Shown here in pieces: positions 1-8,166 of a stretch of DNA of 13,830 bases; the first letter of the stretch is position 1; each line of letters starts with the position of its first letter. Source of the stretch: Silvanigrellaceae bacterium (GTDB taxonomy: Bacteria > Bdellovibrionota_B > Oligoflexia > Silvanigrellales > Silvanigrellaceae); contig JBMSQQ010000089.1 of the NCBI GenBank assembly GCA_049423385.1, forward strand, positions 1 through 13,830. Direction: 5' to 3'. A program made the position numbers and the translations under genes. The notes under the pieces were generated by a model, which ran no database searches, had not been told where the DNA came from, and saw only the letters and a list, made by a program, of their open reading frames with translations.

Positions 1-27
1 TTGACCACAAACATAGGAAAAACGCCG

Positions 28-996
28 ATGCCAGCGCCAACAAACGCACAGCTCGTCGAGTTCTACAAAGACATGCTGCTGGCCCGTCGCTTCGAGGAGC
101 GATGCGGCCAATTGTACGTACAGCAAAAATTTAGTGGCTTTTGTCACCTCTACATTGGCCAGGAGGCAGTCTCAACGGGGACCCTCAACGCCATTCGAAA
201 GGGACAGGATTATGTGATCAGCGGATATCGCGATCACGTCCAGCCAATAACGTTGGGCATGACGGCGCGTGAAGTGATGGCTGAAATGCTCGGCAAATCG
301 ACGGGTTGTGCCAGTGGGCGTGGCGGGTCGATGCACATGTTCTCGCAAAAGCTGCGCTATCTTGGCGGTCACGGCATCGTCGGTGGCCAGGTTCCCTTGG
401 CTGCAGGAGTGGGTTGGAAGATTCGCTCGATGAAGGAAGACCTTGTTTGTCTTTGTTTCATGGGTGATGCCGCCATCAACCAAGGCCAGTTCCATGAGGC
501 ACTCAACATGGCTGCCATTTGGGATCTCCCAGTGGTGTTCATCATCGAAAACAACCTTTACGGAATGGGAACCGCAATCTCGCGGACCTGTAGCCTGAAT
601 GTTCTGGCTGATCGCGCCAAGGGCTATGCCATGCGCCAGGCAGTTGTTGACGGACGCAACGTGCTCAACACCTACTCCCAGATGTACGAAATCATCGAGG
701 AAACCCGCAAGACCAACAAACCAATTCTTGTGGAAATGCAAACCTACCGCTTCCGTGGACACTCAATGTCCGACCCGCAAACTTACCGTTCCAAGGAAGA
801 AGTCGAGCGCGAGCGTTCACAAGACTGCTTGCAGACTTTGCGTGATCACATGGTGGCCAAGGGCGTTGCAACGGATGACGACTTCGACAAATGGGAAGAG
901 GAAATCTCTGAAGTTGTCGAGGACTCTGTTGTGTTCGCCGAGGAGTCTCCCGAACCGGAACTCCACACGATCTACGACCATGTGTTGGCCCCTTAA
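28..996 (+). CDS. pdhA: Pyruvate dehydrogenase E1 component, alpha subunit
   Basis: Motifs FSGFCHLYIGQEAV, YRDH, GRGGSMHMF, GGHGIVG, the TPP-binding GDAA...ENNLYGMGT and the loop YRFRGHSMSDP. ATG at 28 follows AGGA (15-18) and is preferred over the TTG at 1. Confidence 0.96.
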   Translation: MPAPTNAQLVEFYKDMLLARRFEERCGQLYVQQKFSGFCHLYIGQEAVSTGTLNAIRKGQDYVISGYRDHVQPITLGMTAREVMAEMLGKSTGCASGRGGSMHMFSQKLRYLGGHGIVGGQVPLAAGVGWKIRSMKEDLVCLCFMGDAAINQGQFHEALNMAAIWDLPVVFIIENNLYGMGTAISRTCSLNVLADRAKGYAMRQAVVDGRNVLNTYSQMYEIIEETRKTNKPILVEMQTYRFRGHSMSDPQTYRSKEEVERERSQDCLQTLRDHMVAKGVATDDDFDKWEEEISEVVEDSVVFAEESPEPELHTIYDHVLAP

Positions 997-1031
997 CAAA
1001 CCGGATTTGAGTTCAAAGAGGTTTCTTGAAA

Positions 1032-2009
1032 ATGGCAGTCATTAGTTATCGAGAAGCATTGCGCCAGGCCATGACCGAGGAAATGGAACGCGACCCAACC
1101 GTTTTCCTGATGGGCGAAGAAGTGGGCGAGTATAACGGTGCTTACAAAGTCTCAAAAGGAATGCTGGCCCAGTTTGGTCCGATGCGGGTTGTGGACTCTC
1201 CGATTTCCGAGGCCGGATTTTGTGGCCTGGGTGTTGGAGCGGCGATGGTTGGAATGCGTCCCATCATCGAAATGATGACCTGGAACTTTGCGATTCAGGC
1301 CTTCGACCAAATCATCAACCATGCAGCAAAAATGTATTACATGAGTGGTGGCCAGTTTCCGATTCCGATGGTCATCCGCGGACCCCACGGCGCTGCCCAC
1401 ATGCTGTCGGCACAGCACTCTCAGTGCGTTGACCACATGCTCGTCAATGTTCCTGGAATGATTGTCATCAGCACCGTCATTCCTGCGGATGCAAAAGGCT
1501 TGATGAAGTCTGCAATCCGCAACAACAACCCTGTTTGCTTCCTGGAAAGTGAAATGATGTACGGCCGTGAGGGCGAAGTCCCTGATGGCGAATACCTGAT
1601 TCCAATCGGTGTTGGAGACATCAAGCGCAAAGGCGAGCACGTCACGTTGGTTGCCTGGAACAAAATGGTTTACCTGGCTCTTGAGGTTGCTGAAGAGTTG
1701 GCTCAGGAAGGCATTGAAGTAGAAGTTTTGGACCCACGCACTCTTCAACCTCTGGACGAAAACCTCATTTTCGAATCTGTTCGCAAGACCCACAGATTGG
1801 TGGTGTTGGAAGAAGGCTGGGGAATTTCGACGATTGGAAATTACATCGTCGACCGCACGGTCACCGAGTGCTTTGATGAACTCGATGCGCCACCGGCGCG
1901 TGTGCACAACCACTTCGTGCCCATGCCCTACAACGAAAATCTTGAGCATGAGGTGCTGCCAAACAAGGAGCGCCTGACAGCTGCAATCAAAAAAGTCATG
2001 TACCGCTAA
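1032..2009 (+). CDS. pdhB: Pyruvate dehydrogenase E1 component, beta subunit
   Basis: Motifs VFLMGEEVGEYNGAYKVSKG, DSPISEAGF, FAIQAFDQIINHAAK, AQHSQ and EVLDPRTLQPLD. ATG at 1032 follows AAGAGG (1016-1021). Lies directly after pdhA. Confidence 0.96.
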   Translation: MAVISYREALRQAMTEEMERDPTVFLMGEEVGEYNGAYKVSKGMLAQFGPMRVVDSPISEAGFCGLGVGAAMVGMRPIIEMMTWNFAIQAFDQIINHAAKMYYMSGGQFPIPMVIRGPHGAAHMLSAQHSQCVDHMLVNVPGMIVISTVIPADAKGLMKSAIRNNNPVCFLESEMMYGREGEVPDGEYLIPIGVGDIKRKGEHVTLVAWNKMVYLALEVAEELAQEGIEVEVLDPRTLQPLDENLIFESVRKTHRLVVLEEGWGISTIGNYIVDRTVTECFDELDAPPARVHNHFVPMPYNENLEHEVLPNKERLTAAIKKVMYR

Positions 2010-2039
2010 CAACTCGTTCCACGAAAGAGGCTGAATGCT

Positions 2040-3308
2040 ATGGCAACTGTGATGGAAATGCCCAAACTCTCCGATACCATGAAAGAAGGTGCAGTCGCGC
2101 GTTGGTTGAAGAAGGAAGGTGAAAAGGTCACGGCTGGACATCCGGTAGTTGAAATTGAGACCGACAAGGCGACGATGGAGTTTGAATCACCCGCGTCTGG
2201 AACTCTCATCAAAATCATCGTGGGCGACAAGCAAACATGCGACTTGAACGCTCCCATCGCTGTCATCGGCAAGGCCGATGAAAATTGGCAAGAGGCACTC
2301 GACAAATACTCCGCCAAGAAAAAAGGCGGAGCCGCAGCTCCAGCCAAGTCATCTGCACCAGCCGCAGCAGCACAAACGGCTTCGACGGCGGCGGTAGCGT
2401 CTTCAGCAACGGCTTCGGCCGTGCCAACCTCAACACTCGATCGTTTGCGTGCAAGTCCATTGGCCAAGCGTGTTGCTGCGGACAAAGGAATTGATTTGCG
2501 CAGTGTTCAAGGCTCGGGTCCCAATGGTCGGATTGTTGTTCGCGATGTGGAAAATCTGAGTGGTGGTGCATCCGCTGGAGTGTCTTTGCCAGGCTTTGTA
2601 GCTGCACCTGCCGCCGAGATGGAAAAGGTTCCACTCAGCATGATGCGCAAGACAATCGCCCGTCGCCTTGTGGAGAGCACAAGCACGGCTCCCCATTTCT
2701 ACCTCACCGTCAGCATCAACATGGGTCCTTTGCTGGCATGGCGCAAAGCAACGATCGCCAAGGTCAGCGAAACTGAGAAATTTTCTGTCAATGACCTGAT
2801 CGTGTTTTTGGTTTCGCGCGCTCTGCGGAAGCATCCGAACATCAATTCGTCTTGGCAAAACGATTTCATTGCCCAGTACAACTCCGTCCATATGGGCGTT
2901 GCAGTTGCATTGCCGGCAGGACTCGTGACTCCTGTGGTTCGGCACGCCGACAAACTCAGCCTTGTTCAAATCGCTCAAAAGAACCGCGAGCTCATCAAGC
3001 TTGCGCGTGACGGAAAGTTGCAGCCCGACGACTATGCCGGCGGAACATTCACGATTTCGAACCTTGGCATGAGCGGAATCGAGGAATTCACAGCGATCAT
3101 CAACCCTCCCCAGGCCGCAATTCTGGCGGTCGGTTCAACCGTTGCGACTCCTGTTGTCAATGAAGATGGCGACGTTGAAGTCGAGCAGCGGATGCGCGTG
3201 ACGCTCAGTTGTGACCATCGAGTCATCGACGGTGCCCAGGGAGCGGAATTCCTCAAGACGTTGAAAACCTATTTTGAAGATCCCATGGCGTGCCTGTTCA
3301 TGGGGTAA
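2040..3308 (+). CDS. pdhC: Dihydrolipoamide acetyltransferase (PDH E2) with a single lipoyl domain
   Basis: Lipoyl domain (MPKLSDTMKEG...IETDKATMEFE), Ala-rich linker, subunit-binding domain (RASPLAKRVA...GSGPNGRIVVRDV) and catalytic domain (TFTISNLGM, AIINPPQAAIL, CDHRVIDGA). SD GAGG at 2027-2030. Confidence 0.95.
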   Translation: MATVMEMPKLSDTMKEGAVARWLKKEGEKVTAGHPVVEIETDKATMEFESPASGTLIKIIVGDKQTCDLNAPIAVIGKADENWQEALDKYSAKKKGGAAAPAKSSAPAAAAQTASTAAVASSATASAVPTSTLDRLRASPLAKRVAADKGIDLRSVQGSGPNGRIVVRDVENLSGGASAGVSLPGFVAAPAAEMEKVPLSMMRKTIARRLVESTSTAPHFYLTVSINMGPLLAWRKATIAKVSETEKFSVNDLIVFLVSRALRKHPNINSSWQNDFIAQYNSVHMGVAVALPAGLVTPVVRHADKLSLVQIAQKNRELIKLARDGKLQPDDYAGGTFTISNLGMSGIEEFTAIINPPQAAILAVGSTVATPVVNEDGDVEVEQRMRVTLSCDHRVIDGAQGAEFLKTLKTYFEDPMACLFMG

Positions 3309-3346
3309 TCCCAAAAGTCACGCTGTTGGCAGTTCCAACCTGAGTC

Positions 3347-3384
3347 AAATGCCCTGTGGGGAGAGATGCTCCACTGGGCATTTT
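3347..3384 (+). terminator. Probable intrinsic terminator of the pdh operon
   Basis: Hairpin AAATGCCC-T-GTGGGG / AGAGATG loop / CTCCAC-T-GGGCATTT, running into T-rich TTTTGGTTT, about 40 nt after the pdhC stop. Confidence 0.65.
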
Positions 3385-3428
3385 GGTTTATCCTCCAGGC
3401 AGACAAAGATTCCGTGGGAGAAAATTTC

Positions 3429-4787
3429 ATGGCCGACGATTCCAAAAAGCGACCCGATGATTCCGCAGAGACCGTTCGACTGAATGTTTACCTGCAGGAA
3501 AGCGGAGTGGCATCAAGGCGCAAGGCTGATGAATTGATTTCGGCAGGCATGGTCAAGGTCAATGGAAAAGCCGTGACACAATTGGGTGCCCGCATCCTGC
3601 GGACCGACAAGGTGCACGTGCACGGCAAACTTCTCGCAGGAAAGAATATTCCAAAGGTCGTTTATCTACTCAACAAGCCTGACATGTGTCTGACGACCCG
3701 TTTTGATGCCAAAGGCCGTCGAACAATTTTTGATCTTCCTGCGGTAAAAAGCTTGCCTCCCAACGTCCAGGCGGTGGGTCGTTTGGATTATAGAAGTGAA
3801 GGATTGCTGCTGCTGACCAACGACGGCGATCTTGCCTATGCGCTGACGCATCCTCGATTTTCGGTTGAGAAAACTTATGCGTTGCTTGTGGCTGATGGCG
3901 TCACAATTGAAGATGTGGAAAAAATGCGAGCCGGAGTGATGCTCGACGATGGAATGGCAAAAGCCGTGAGTGTCAGGTTGGGCAACAAGGAACGCATGGG
4001 TGCCTCGCGCGGACAATGGCTTGAACTTGTCGTCACCGAAGGGCGCAATCGCTTGATTCGCCGCATGGCAGAAACCATCGGTTTGAAAGTTGTCAGACTC
4101 GTGCGTGTCGGGATGGGTGACGTTATTTTGCCTGCCACACTCAAGCCTGGACAGGCGATCGTTGTTGATTCCGGTTCACGGCAACAACTTGAGCAGATTA
4201 AAATCGAAATGTTGAGTGCAACTGAATCGATTGGAAGACCATCGAACAACGCCGCTCGTCTTGATGAAGCAATTCTGGCCAAGCGCAAATTGCGCAGGCA
4301 GATTAAATTGAATGATGAGGAATATGCAATTGAGTCATCTCGGCGTTCAGCGGAGGCTTCCGTTCAGCGCAAACAGCGGGCCCAGCGTTTGCGGGATAAT
4401 CATGAAGAGCAGATTCAGCAGGACAGTAAGCCAATTCCTGTAAAAAAATCAGAACGCAGCCGGGAACGCTCAGGAAAATCCGCTGAGGCTGTCGCCGGGC
4501 CGCGGCCTGTTCGGCGCACGGGTGCTGGGGGACCACGTCCCGTGAGCCGTGCAAATGAAGAAGGCCCTCGCCCGGTACGTCGCGATGGCGGCGATGGGCC
4601 AAGACCAGTGCGGCGAGACAGTGTCGATAAACCTAAAAATGTTCGTCATTCGGAAACAGACCGTAATCCGCGGCAAAGCAGCAAGCGGCCATTTTCAAAG
4701 TCCGAAGATAAGGTGAGATCAGATTCCAGGAATTCATCAACTTCGGGCAAAAAATCCAAGAGTTCCACCCGCAAGGGAAAGCGTTGA
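3429..4787 (+). CDS. rluB: RsuA/RluB-family rRNA pseudouridine synthase (S4 plus catalytic domain) with a ~200 aa basic C-terminal extension
   Basis: S4 domain RLNVYLQESGVASRRKADELISAGMVKVNG, LLNKP, catalytic VGRLDYRSEGLLLLTNDG, LTHP...VEKTY and EGRNRLIRRM. ATG at 3429 follows GGGAG (3416-3420). The exact paralogue (RluB versus other family members) is inferred. Confidence 0.88.
   Translation: MADDSKKRPDDSAETVRLNVYLQESGVASRRKADELISAGMVKVNGKAVTQLGARILRTDKVHVHGKLLAGKNIPKVVYLLNKPDMCLTTRFDAKGRRTIFDLPAVKSLPPNVQAVGRLDYRSEGLLLLTNDGDLAYALTHPRFSVEKTYALLVADGVTIEDVEKMRAGVMLDDGMAKAVSVRLGNKERMGASRGQWLELVVTEGRNRLIRRMAETIGLKVVRLVRVGMGDVILPATLKPGQAIVVDSGSRQQLEQIKIEMLSATESIGRPSNNAARLDEAILAKRKLRRQIKLNDEEYAIESSRRSAEASVQRKQRAQRLRDNHEEQIQQDSKPIPVKKSERSRERSGKSAEAVAGPRPVRRTGAGGPRPVSRANEEGPRPVRRDGGDGPRPVRRDSVDKPKNVRHSETDRNPRQSSKRPFSKSEDKVRSDSRNSSTSGKKSKSSTRKGKR
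4497..4649 (+). repeat. Coding tandem repeat, 33 nt / 11 aa period (GPRPV[R/S]R-xxxx four times plus one degenerate copy)
   Basis: Units at 4497 GPRPVRRTGAG, 4530 GPRPVSRANEE, 4563 GPRPVRRDGGD, 4596 GPRPVRRDSVD and 4629 KPKNVRH. Confidence 0.9.
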
Positions 4788-4860
4788 GCGAGTGGTTGCA
4801 AACTTCCGATTTTCGGTGTTCGTCATAACTTTCTGAAATTTTAACTGAAAATCAATTTTC

Positions 4861-4888
4861 TCCAGATTGGTTCCGGGAAGTCCGATAT
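4861..4888 (+). promoter_or_regulatory. Candidate sigma28 (FliA)-type promoter of the vWA lipoprotein gene
   Basis: TCCAG (4861-4865)-N15-TCCGATAT (4881-4888) resembles the TAAAG/TCAAG...GCCGATAA sigma28 consensus and ends 7 nt before the GGAGG SD. Confidence 0.5.
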
Positions 4889-4908
4889 AGCCAATGGAGG
4901 AAGACGCA

Positions 4909-5757
4909 ATGGTGACGAAGTATATTTCACTGATTTTACTGATGAACTTTGCGACATCCTGTGGAGAATCCTCCTATATCTCCGGTGGTCCAGACAATTC
5001 CGGTGGCAAAAATGTTTCAGCAGATGCGGAGGGAGCTGGAAAAAACGGCAAAGCATCTGCAGCGCCCGAAGCAATCGGAAATAAGATTGCGGCTCCGGGT
5101 CAGAGCCTGGATCTCTACGCAATCGTGGACATCTCGGGCTCACTGGGCAAGACTGACCCCAATTGCACAAGATTTGAAGCGTTGAAGACTTTTTTCAAGG
5201 AATTGAAGACGACCTTGGGAGAAAATACCGATGCGCGTCTCACTTTGACGGTATTCAGCAGCCAAGCTCGTTTCGTAGGAACGGATGAAGGATTTCTGAA
5301 GTTTTCGGACGCCGAGATAGACGCGAAGTATCGGCCATCGATTTGCGTTTCCAGTGGCAGCACAAATATTTCAAGGGCGTTTGCCCTGACAAAGGATGCG
5401 GCTGTCGGGCTGATGAAAACGTCACCTAAAAAGGTTTCAAGTGTATTGGTTTTCTCTGATGGAATGCCAACAGACATGCCATTACCCATCGATGCGGCGG
5501 CTCAATTGCGGAGTGTCTTTCCAGACCGGGTGTTTGGAGTCCTTTTGGGCGAGGTCAACGTGTCAGGATCACCAACATCAGGCGGAGTAATTACCGTTGG
5601 AGGTATAACGGTTGTCACAGGGCCTACCACAGGAACTGGAAGTGTAACGGCAAGCCCAGAAGCCTTCATGAATCAGGTGACCGATTCACCCGATCGTGTT
5701 CGACGCGTCAACAAGGCAACCGATCTGGCCAGTGCGTTGTCGAGTTTCTTGAAGTAG
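4909..5757 (+). CDS. Putative lipoprotein with a von Willebrand factor A (vWA) domain and complete MIDAS motif
   Basis: Strong SD GGAGG (4896-4900) 8 nt before ATG 4909. Signal peptide MVTKYISLILLMNFATS-C, then a Gly/Ser/Ala linker. MIDAS DISGS (5128-5142), SGSTNIS and VLVFSDGMP. Confidence 0.8.
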   Translation: MVTKYISLILLMNFATSCGESSYISGGPDNSGGKNVSADAEGAGKNGKASAAPEAIGNKIAAPGQSLDLYAIVDISGSLGKTDPNCTRFEALKTFFKELKTTLGENTDARLTLTVFSSQARFVGTDEGFLKFSDAEIDAKYRPSICVSSGSTNISRAFALTKDAAVGLMKTSPKKVSSVLVFSDGMPTDMPLPIDAAAQLRSVFPDRVFGVLLGEVNVSGSPTSGGVITVGGITVVTGPTTGTGSVTASPEAFMNQVTDSPDRVRRVNKATDLASALSSFLK

Positions 5758-5863
5758 TTGTTTTGTTGCGTCTGCTGATCATCATCTGTGCCCGGAATAG
5801 CCCACCTTTTTTTCAAAATACTGAATTTTTTCAATTGATTCGGATTGTTTTAAATCTGCCCAA

Positions 5864-8101
5864 TTGGAAAGCTTTCAAAACTTGAGTGAAGGGGGTCCTG
5901 GCATTACCGCTCCGTCAATGGAGGAGCGCGTGGATTATCGGCATCTGATTCCAAGTCAAATTAAAGATCGTTTCACCTTTTTTATCGCTTATGTTTGCCT
6001 CATGGTTGCGCTTGCAGAAATTGGCGCGGCGTTGAGCCGGGTCAATTTGGGATTCAGCACACTCTGGCCCCCCAGCGGGCTGTTTATTTCAGCTCTCGTG
6101 TTTTCAAACAACAAAACTTCGGATTGGCGAGATGTCTTCTTGGCTTCTGCAATCGCCAATTTGGTCACGGATACAATCTTTCACGGCTCGAACCTTGGAA
6201 TCACTCTGTGTTTTATAGCAACAAATTCGGCGAGTGCATTCCCTGCTGCGCTTATTGCCAGACGATTTATTTCAAAAACACAAACTCTCAATCGATTGAA
6301 TGAGATGCTCATTTTCCTCTCCTGCGGGTTTTTGATTCAGTCTCCAATCGCGGCAACCATTGGACTTTGGCTGCAGTCCATATTTTTTGATCAGGAATTT
6401 ACCATTTTGAGATGGTTCACTTGGTGGTCTTCCAACGCGCTCGGAATTTCTTGTTTTGGAATCCTTTCTTTTTCGCTTCTCAAATGGCTATCCATGGTGT
6501 TGACCTCAGGGGTCAGGAAAGAGAAAGAGCTGCTTGCGAAACGGGTGATGTTTGACGGTCGACCAGGTGAGTTTGCAGCAATCTGGCTGATGCTTTTGTT
6601 CTCGTTTGTGAAAGTGCAAAGCAATTTCACTGCTCCTGTGGGGTTGTTCGTGAACAACTTTCTCCTTTTCGTCATGGCATATCGATTTGGCATCATGCAT
6701 TCCAACTTTGCACTGGCGATGGTCTGCATTTTGAGACTTACCCACGCATGGGAAAGCTGGATTCATATGGTGCCATTCATGAGTGCCGTTTTACCTTTTT
6801 CAAGCCTCACTCGGTTGGATTCAGAACTGGTCATTATTGCGTCTGTTCAGACTTATCTCATTGAGCGAGGGGTACTGGTCAATCTCGCTGCAGCCTTGTT
6901 TGCAGATTTGAATCGCAAACAAAGTGAACTGCAGGATGCATCGGACTCGCGCGCACGTTTGCTCGCAAGGATGAGTCACGAGATTAGAACTCCATTGGGC
7001 GGAATGCTGGGAATGGTGGAAGCATGGGCAATGAAGCAAAATTCATCAAAGCACTCTCAAGATTTGCAGATGGTTCTCAATTCGGCGGAACAGCTCAAAC
7101 GCGTCATTGATGACGTCTTGGACTTTTCCAAGTTGTCAGCCGGTAAAATGCGCGTGGAGGTTGTGAGGTGCAATGTTCGCGAACTCTTTCACGAACTGGT
7201 CTCATTGCATTCAGGTGATGCCGACAAAAAGGGACTTTCACTTGAACTAAAAATTTCTGATCAGTTTCCCGACATCATCGAGATTGATCCATTGCGGCTG
7301 AGGCAGATCGTGAATAATTTGCTCGCCAATGCAATTAAGTTCACACGTCAGGGATGGGTGCGGATGAATGTTGAGGACAAGTCTTCTTGGGATTCCGTGC
7401 CTCAAATGTTGCGAATTGAGGTTGAGGATTCTGGAATCGGAATTTCCGAGACATCGTTGCAGAGTCTTTTCCAGCCATTTGAGCAGGCTGGCAATGAAAC
7501 AACAAGAGCCTATGGCGGTACAGGCCTGGGACTTGCGATTTGTCGTGAGTTGTGTGATCTGCTCGGCGGGAAAATTTCGGTCAGCAGCACACGCGGTGTG
7601 GGAACGCGATTTGTGGTCGAGATTCCGTATGCGCCTTCCGACGAAGTGATTGAACATCAGAGGGAGTCCTTTCTGAAGACCGAAGATGCTCCGAAGTTTG
7701 CTACTGCCCAGGACAAAGGTATTTCAGTCCTTGTTGTGGAGGATGATCCCATCAACCAGATTGTTGCAACGCGATTTCTTGAGGCGGAAGGGTATGAGGT
7801 GATTGCCGTCGACAATGGCTCTCGGGCTTTAGAATTGCTGCAGGACCAGCCGGGAAAGTTTGCGCTGGTGCTGATGGACTACTTCATGCCAAAAATGGAT
7901 GGATGCGAAGTGACCCGAAGATTTCGCGCATCGGAGAGGGAGTTTGGAGAATTCAAACATTTGCCGATCGTTGGACTCACAGCATCAATTCTTGATTCAG
8001 ACCATCAACGTTGCCGCGAAGCCGGAATGGATGACGTTTTGCTCAAGCCTTTGGAGCGAAAAAACTTGCGGGCTTTGTTGAACAAATATTTGGCCGCCTG
8101 A
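5864..8101 (+). CDS. Membrane-bound hybrid sensor histidine kinase (MASE1-like input, HisKA, HATPase_c, receiver)
   Basis: Multiple hydrophobic segments with MASE1-like LWPPSGL and WW..NALG. H-box MSHEIRTPLGG (His codon at 6977), N-box RLRQIVNNLLANAIKFT, G1 EDSGIGI, F-box LFQPF, G2 GGTGLGLAI. Receiver motifs VEDD, LMDYFMPKMDG, GLTAS and LLKP. Start is uncertain (TTG 5864 or ATG 5918). Confidence 0.92.
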   Translation: MESFQNLSEGGPGITAPSMEERVDYRHLIPSQIKDRFTFFIAYVCLMVALAEIGAALSRVNLGFSTLWPPSGLFISALVFSNNKTSDWRDVFLASAIANLVTDTIFHGSNLGITLCFIATNSASAFPAALIARRFISKTQTLNRLNEMLIFLSCGFLIQSPIAATIGLWLQSIFFDQEFTILRWFTWWSSNALGISCFGILSFSLLKWLSMVLTSGVRKEKELLAKRVMFDGRPGEFAAIWLMLLFSFVKVQSNFTAPVGLFVNNFLLFVMAYRFGIMHSNFALAMVCILRLTHAWESWIHMVPFMSAVLPFSSLTRLDSELVIIASVQTYLIERGVLVNLAAALFADLNRKQSELQDASDSRARLLARMSHEIRTPLGGMLGMVEAWAMKQNSSKHSQDLQMVLNSAEQLKRVIDDVLDFSKLSAGKMRVEVVRCNVRELFHELVSLHSGDADKKGLSLELKISDQFPDIIEIDPLRLRQIVNNLLANAIKFTRQGWVRMNVEDKSSWDSVPQMLRIEVEDSGIGISETSLQSLFQPFEQAGNETTRAYGGTGLGLAICRELCDLLGGKISVSSTRGVGTRFVVEIPYAPSDEVIEHQRESFLKTEDAPKFATAQDKGISVLVVEDDPINQIVATRFLEAEGYEVIAVDNGSRALELLQDQPGKFALVLMDYFMPKMDGCEVTRRFRASEREFGEFKHLPIVGLTASILDSDHQRCREAGMDDVLLKPLERKNLRALLNKYLAA

Positions 8102-8166
8102 ATGTTGTTTTTGAGTATGGCGTCAGATTCTGGATTTTCGCAGCCGTTTTATTCCTGGATTCCAGA

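Noticed and set aside
994..2045. Similar pdhA-pdhB and pdhB-pdhC junctions (TAACAA...AAAGAGG...ATGGCA)
   Set aside because: Largely explained by stop codon, Shine-Dalgarno and start codon. Too short to support a separate element.
1152..2141. 329-aa minus-strand ORF antisense to pdhB (also 172-762, 2006-2485 and 2430-2978)
   Set aside because: These lie antisense to well-conserved PDH genes and show no recognisable motifs. Long antisense frames are an expected by-product of codon bias in such genes.
3325..3339. Small hairpin GTTGG-CAGTT-CCAAC after pdhC
   Set aside because: A 5-bp stem is expected by chance, and the stronger hairpin at 3347-3384 explains termination.
3366..3428. Longer N-terminus of the pseudouridine synthase (MLHWAFWF...) in the ORF track
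   Set aside because: It starts inside the terminator hairpin. ATG 3429 has a proper SD and gives a normal S4-domain start.
4497..4649. 33-nt periodicity considered as a possible CRISPR array or VNTR
   Set aside because: The units are in frame and conserved only at protein level. There are no identical DNA repeats with unique spacers and no cas genes in the window.
4805..4812. Second TCCGAT motif upstream of the vWA gene
   Set aside because: There is no plausible sigma28 -35 element at the expected spacing (the position reads TGAGC).
8129..8166. Short inverted repeats (TCTGGA...TCCAGA and CTGGA-T-TCCAG) between the convergent kinase and lipoprotein genes
   Set aside because: Stems are only 5-6 bp with no adjacent U-tract, so not a convincing terminator or operator.
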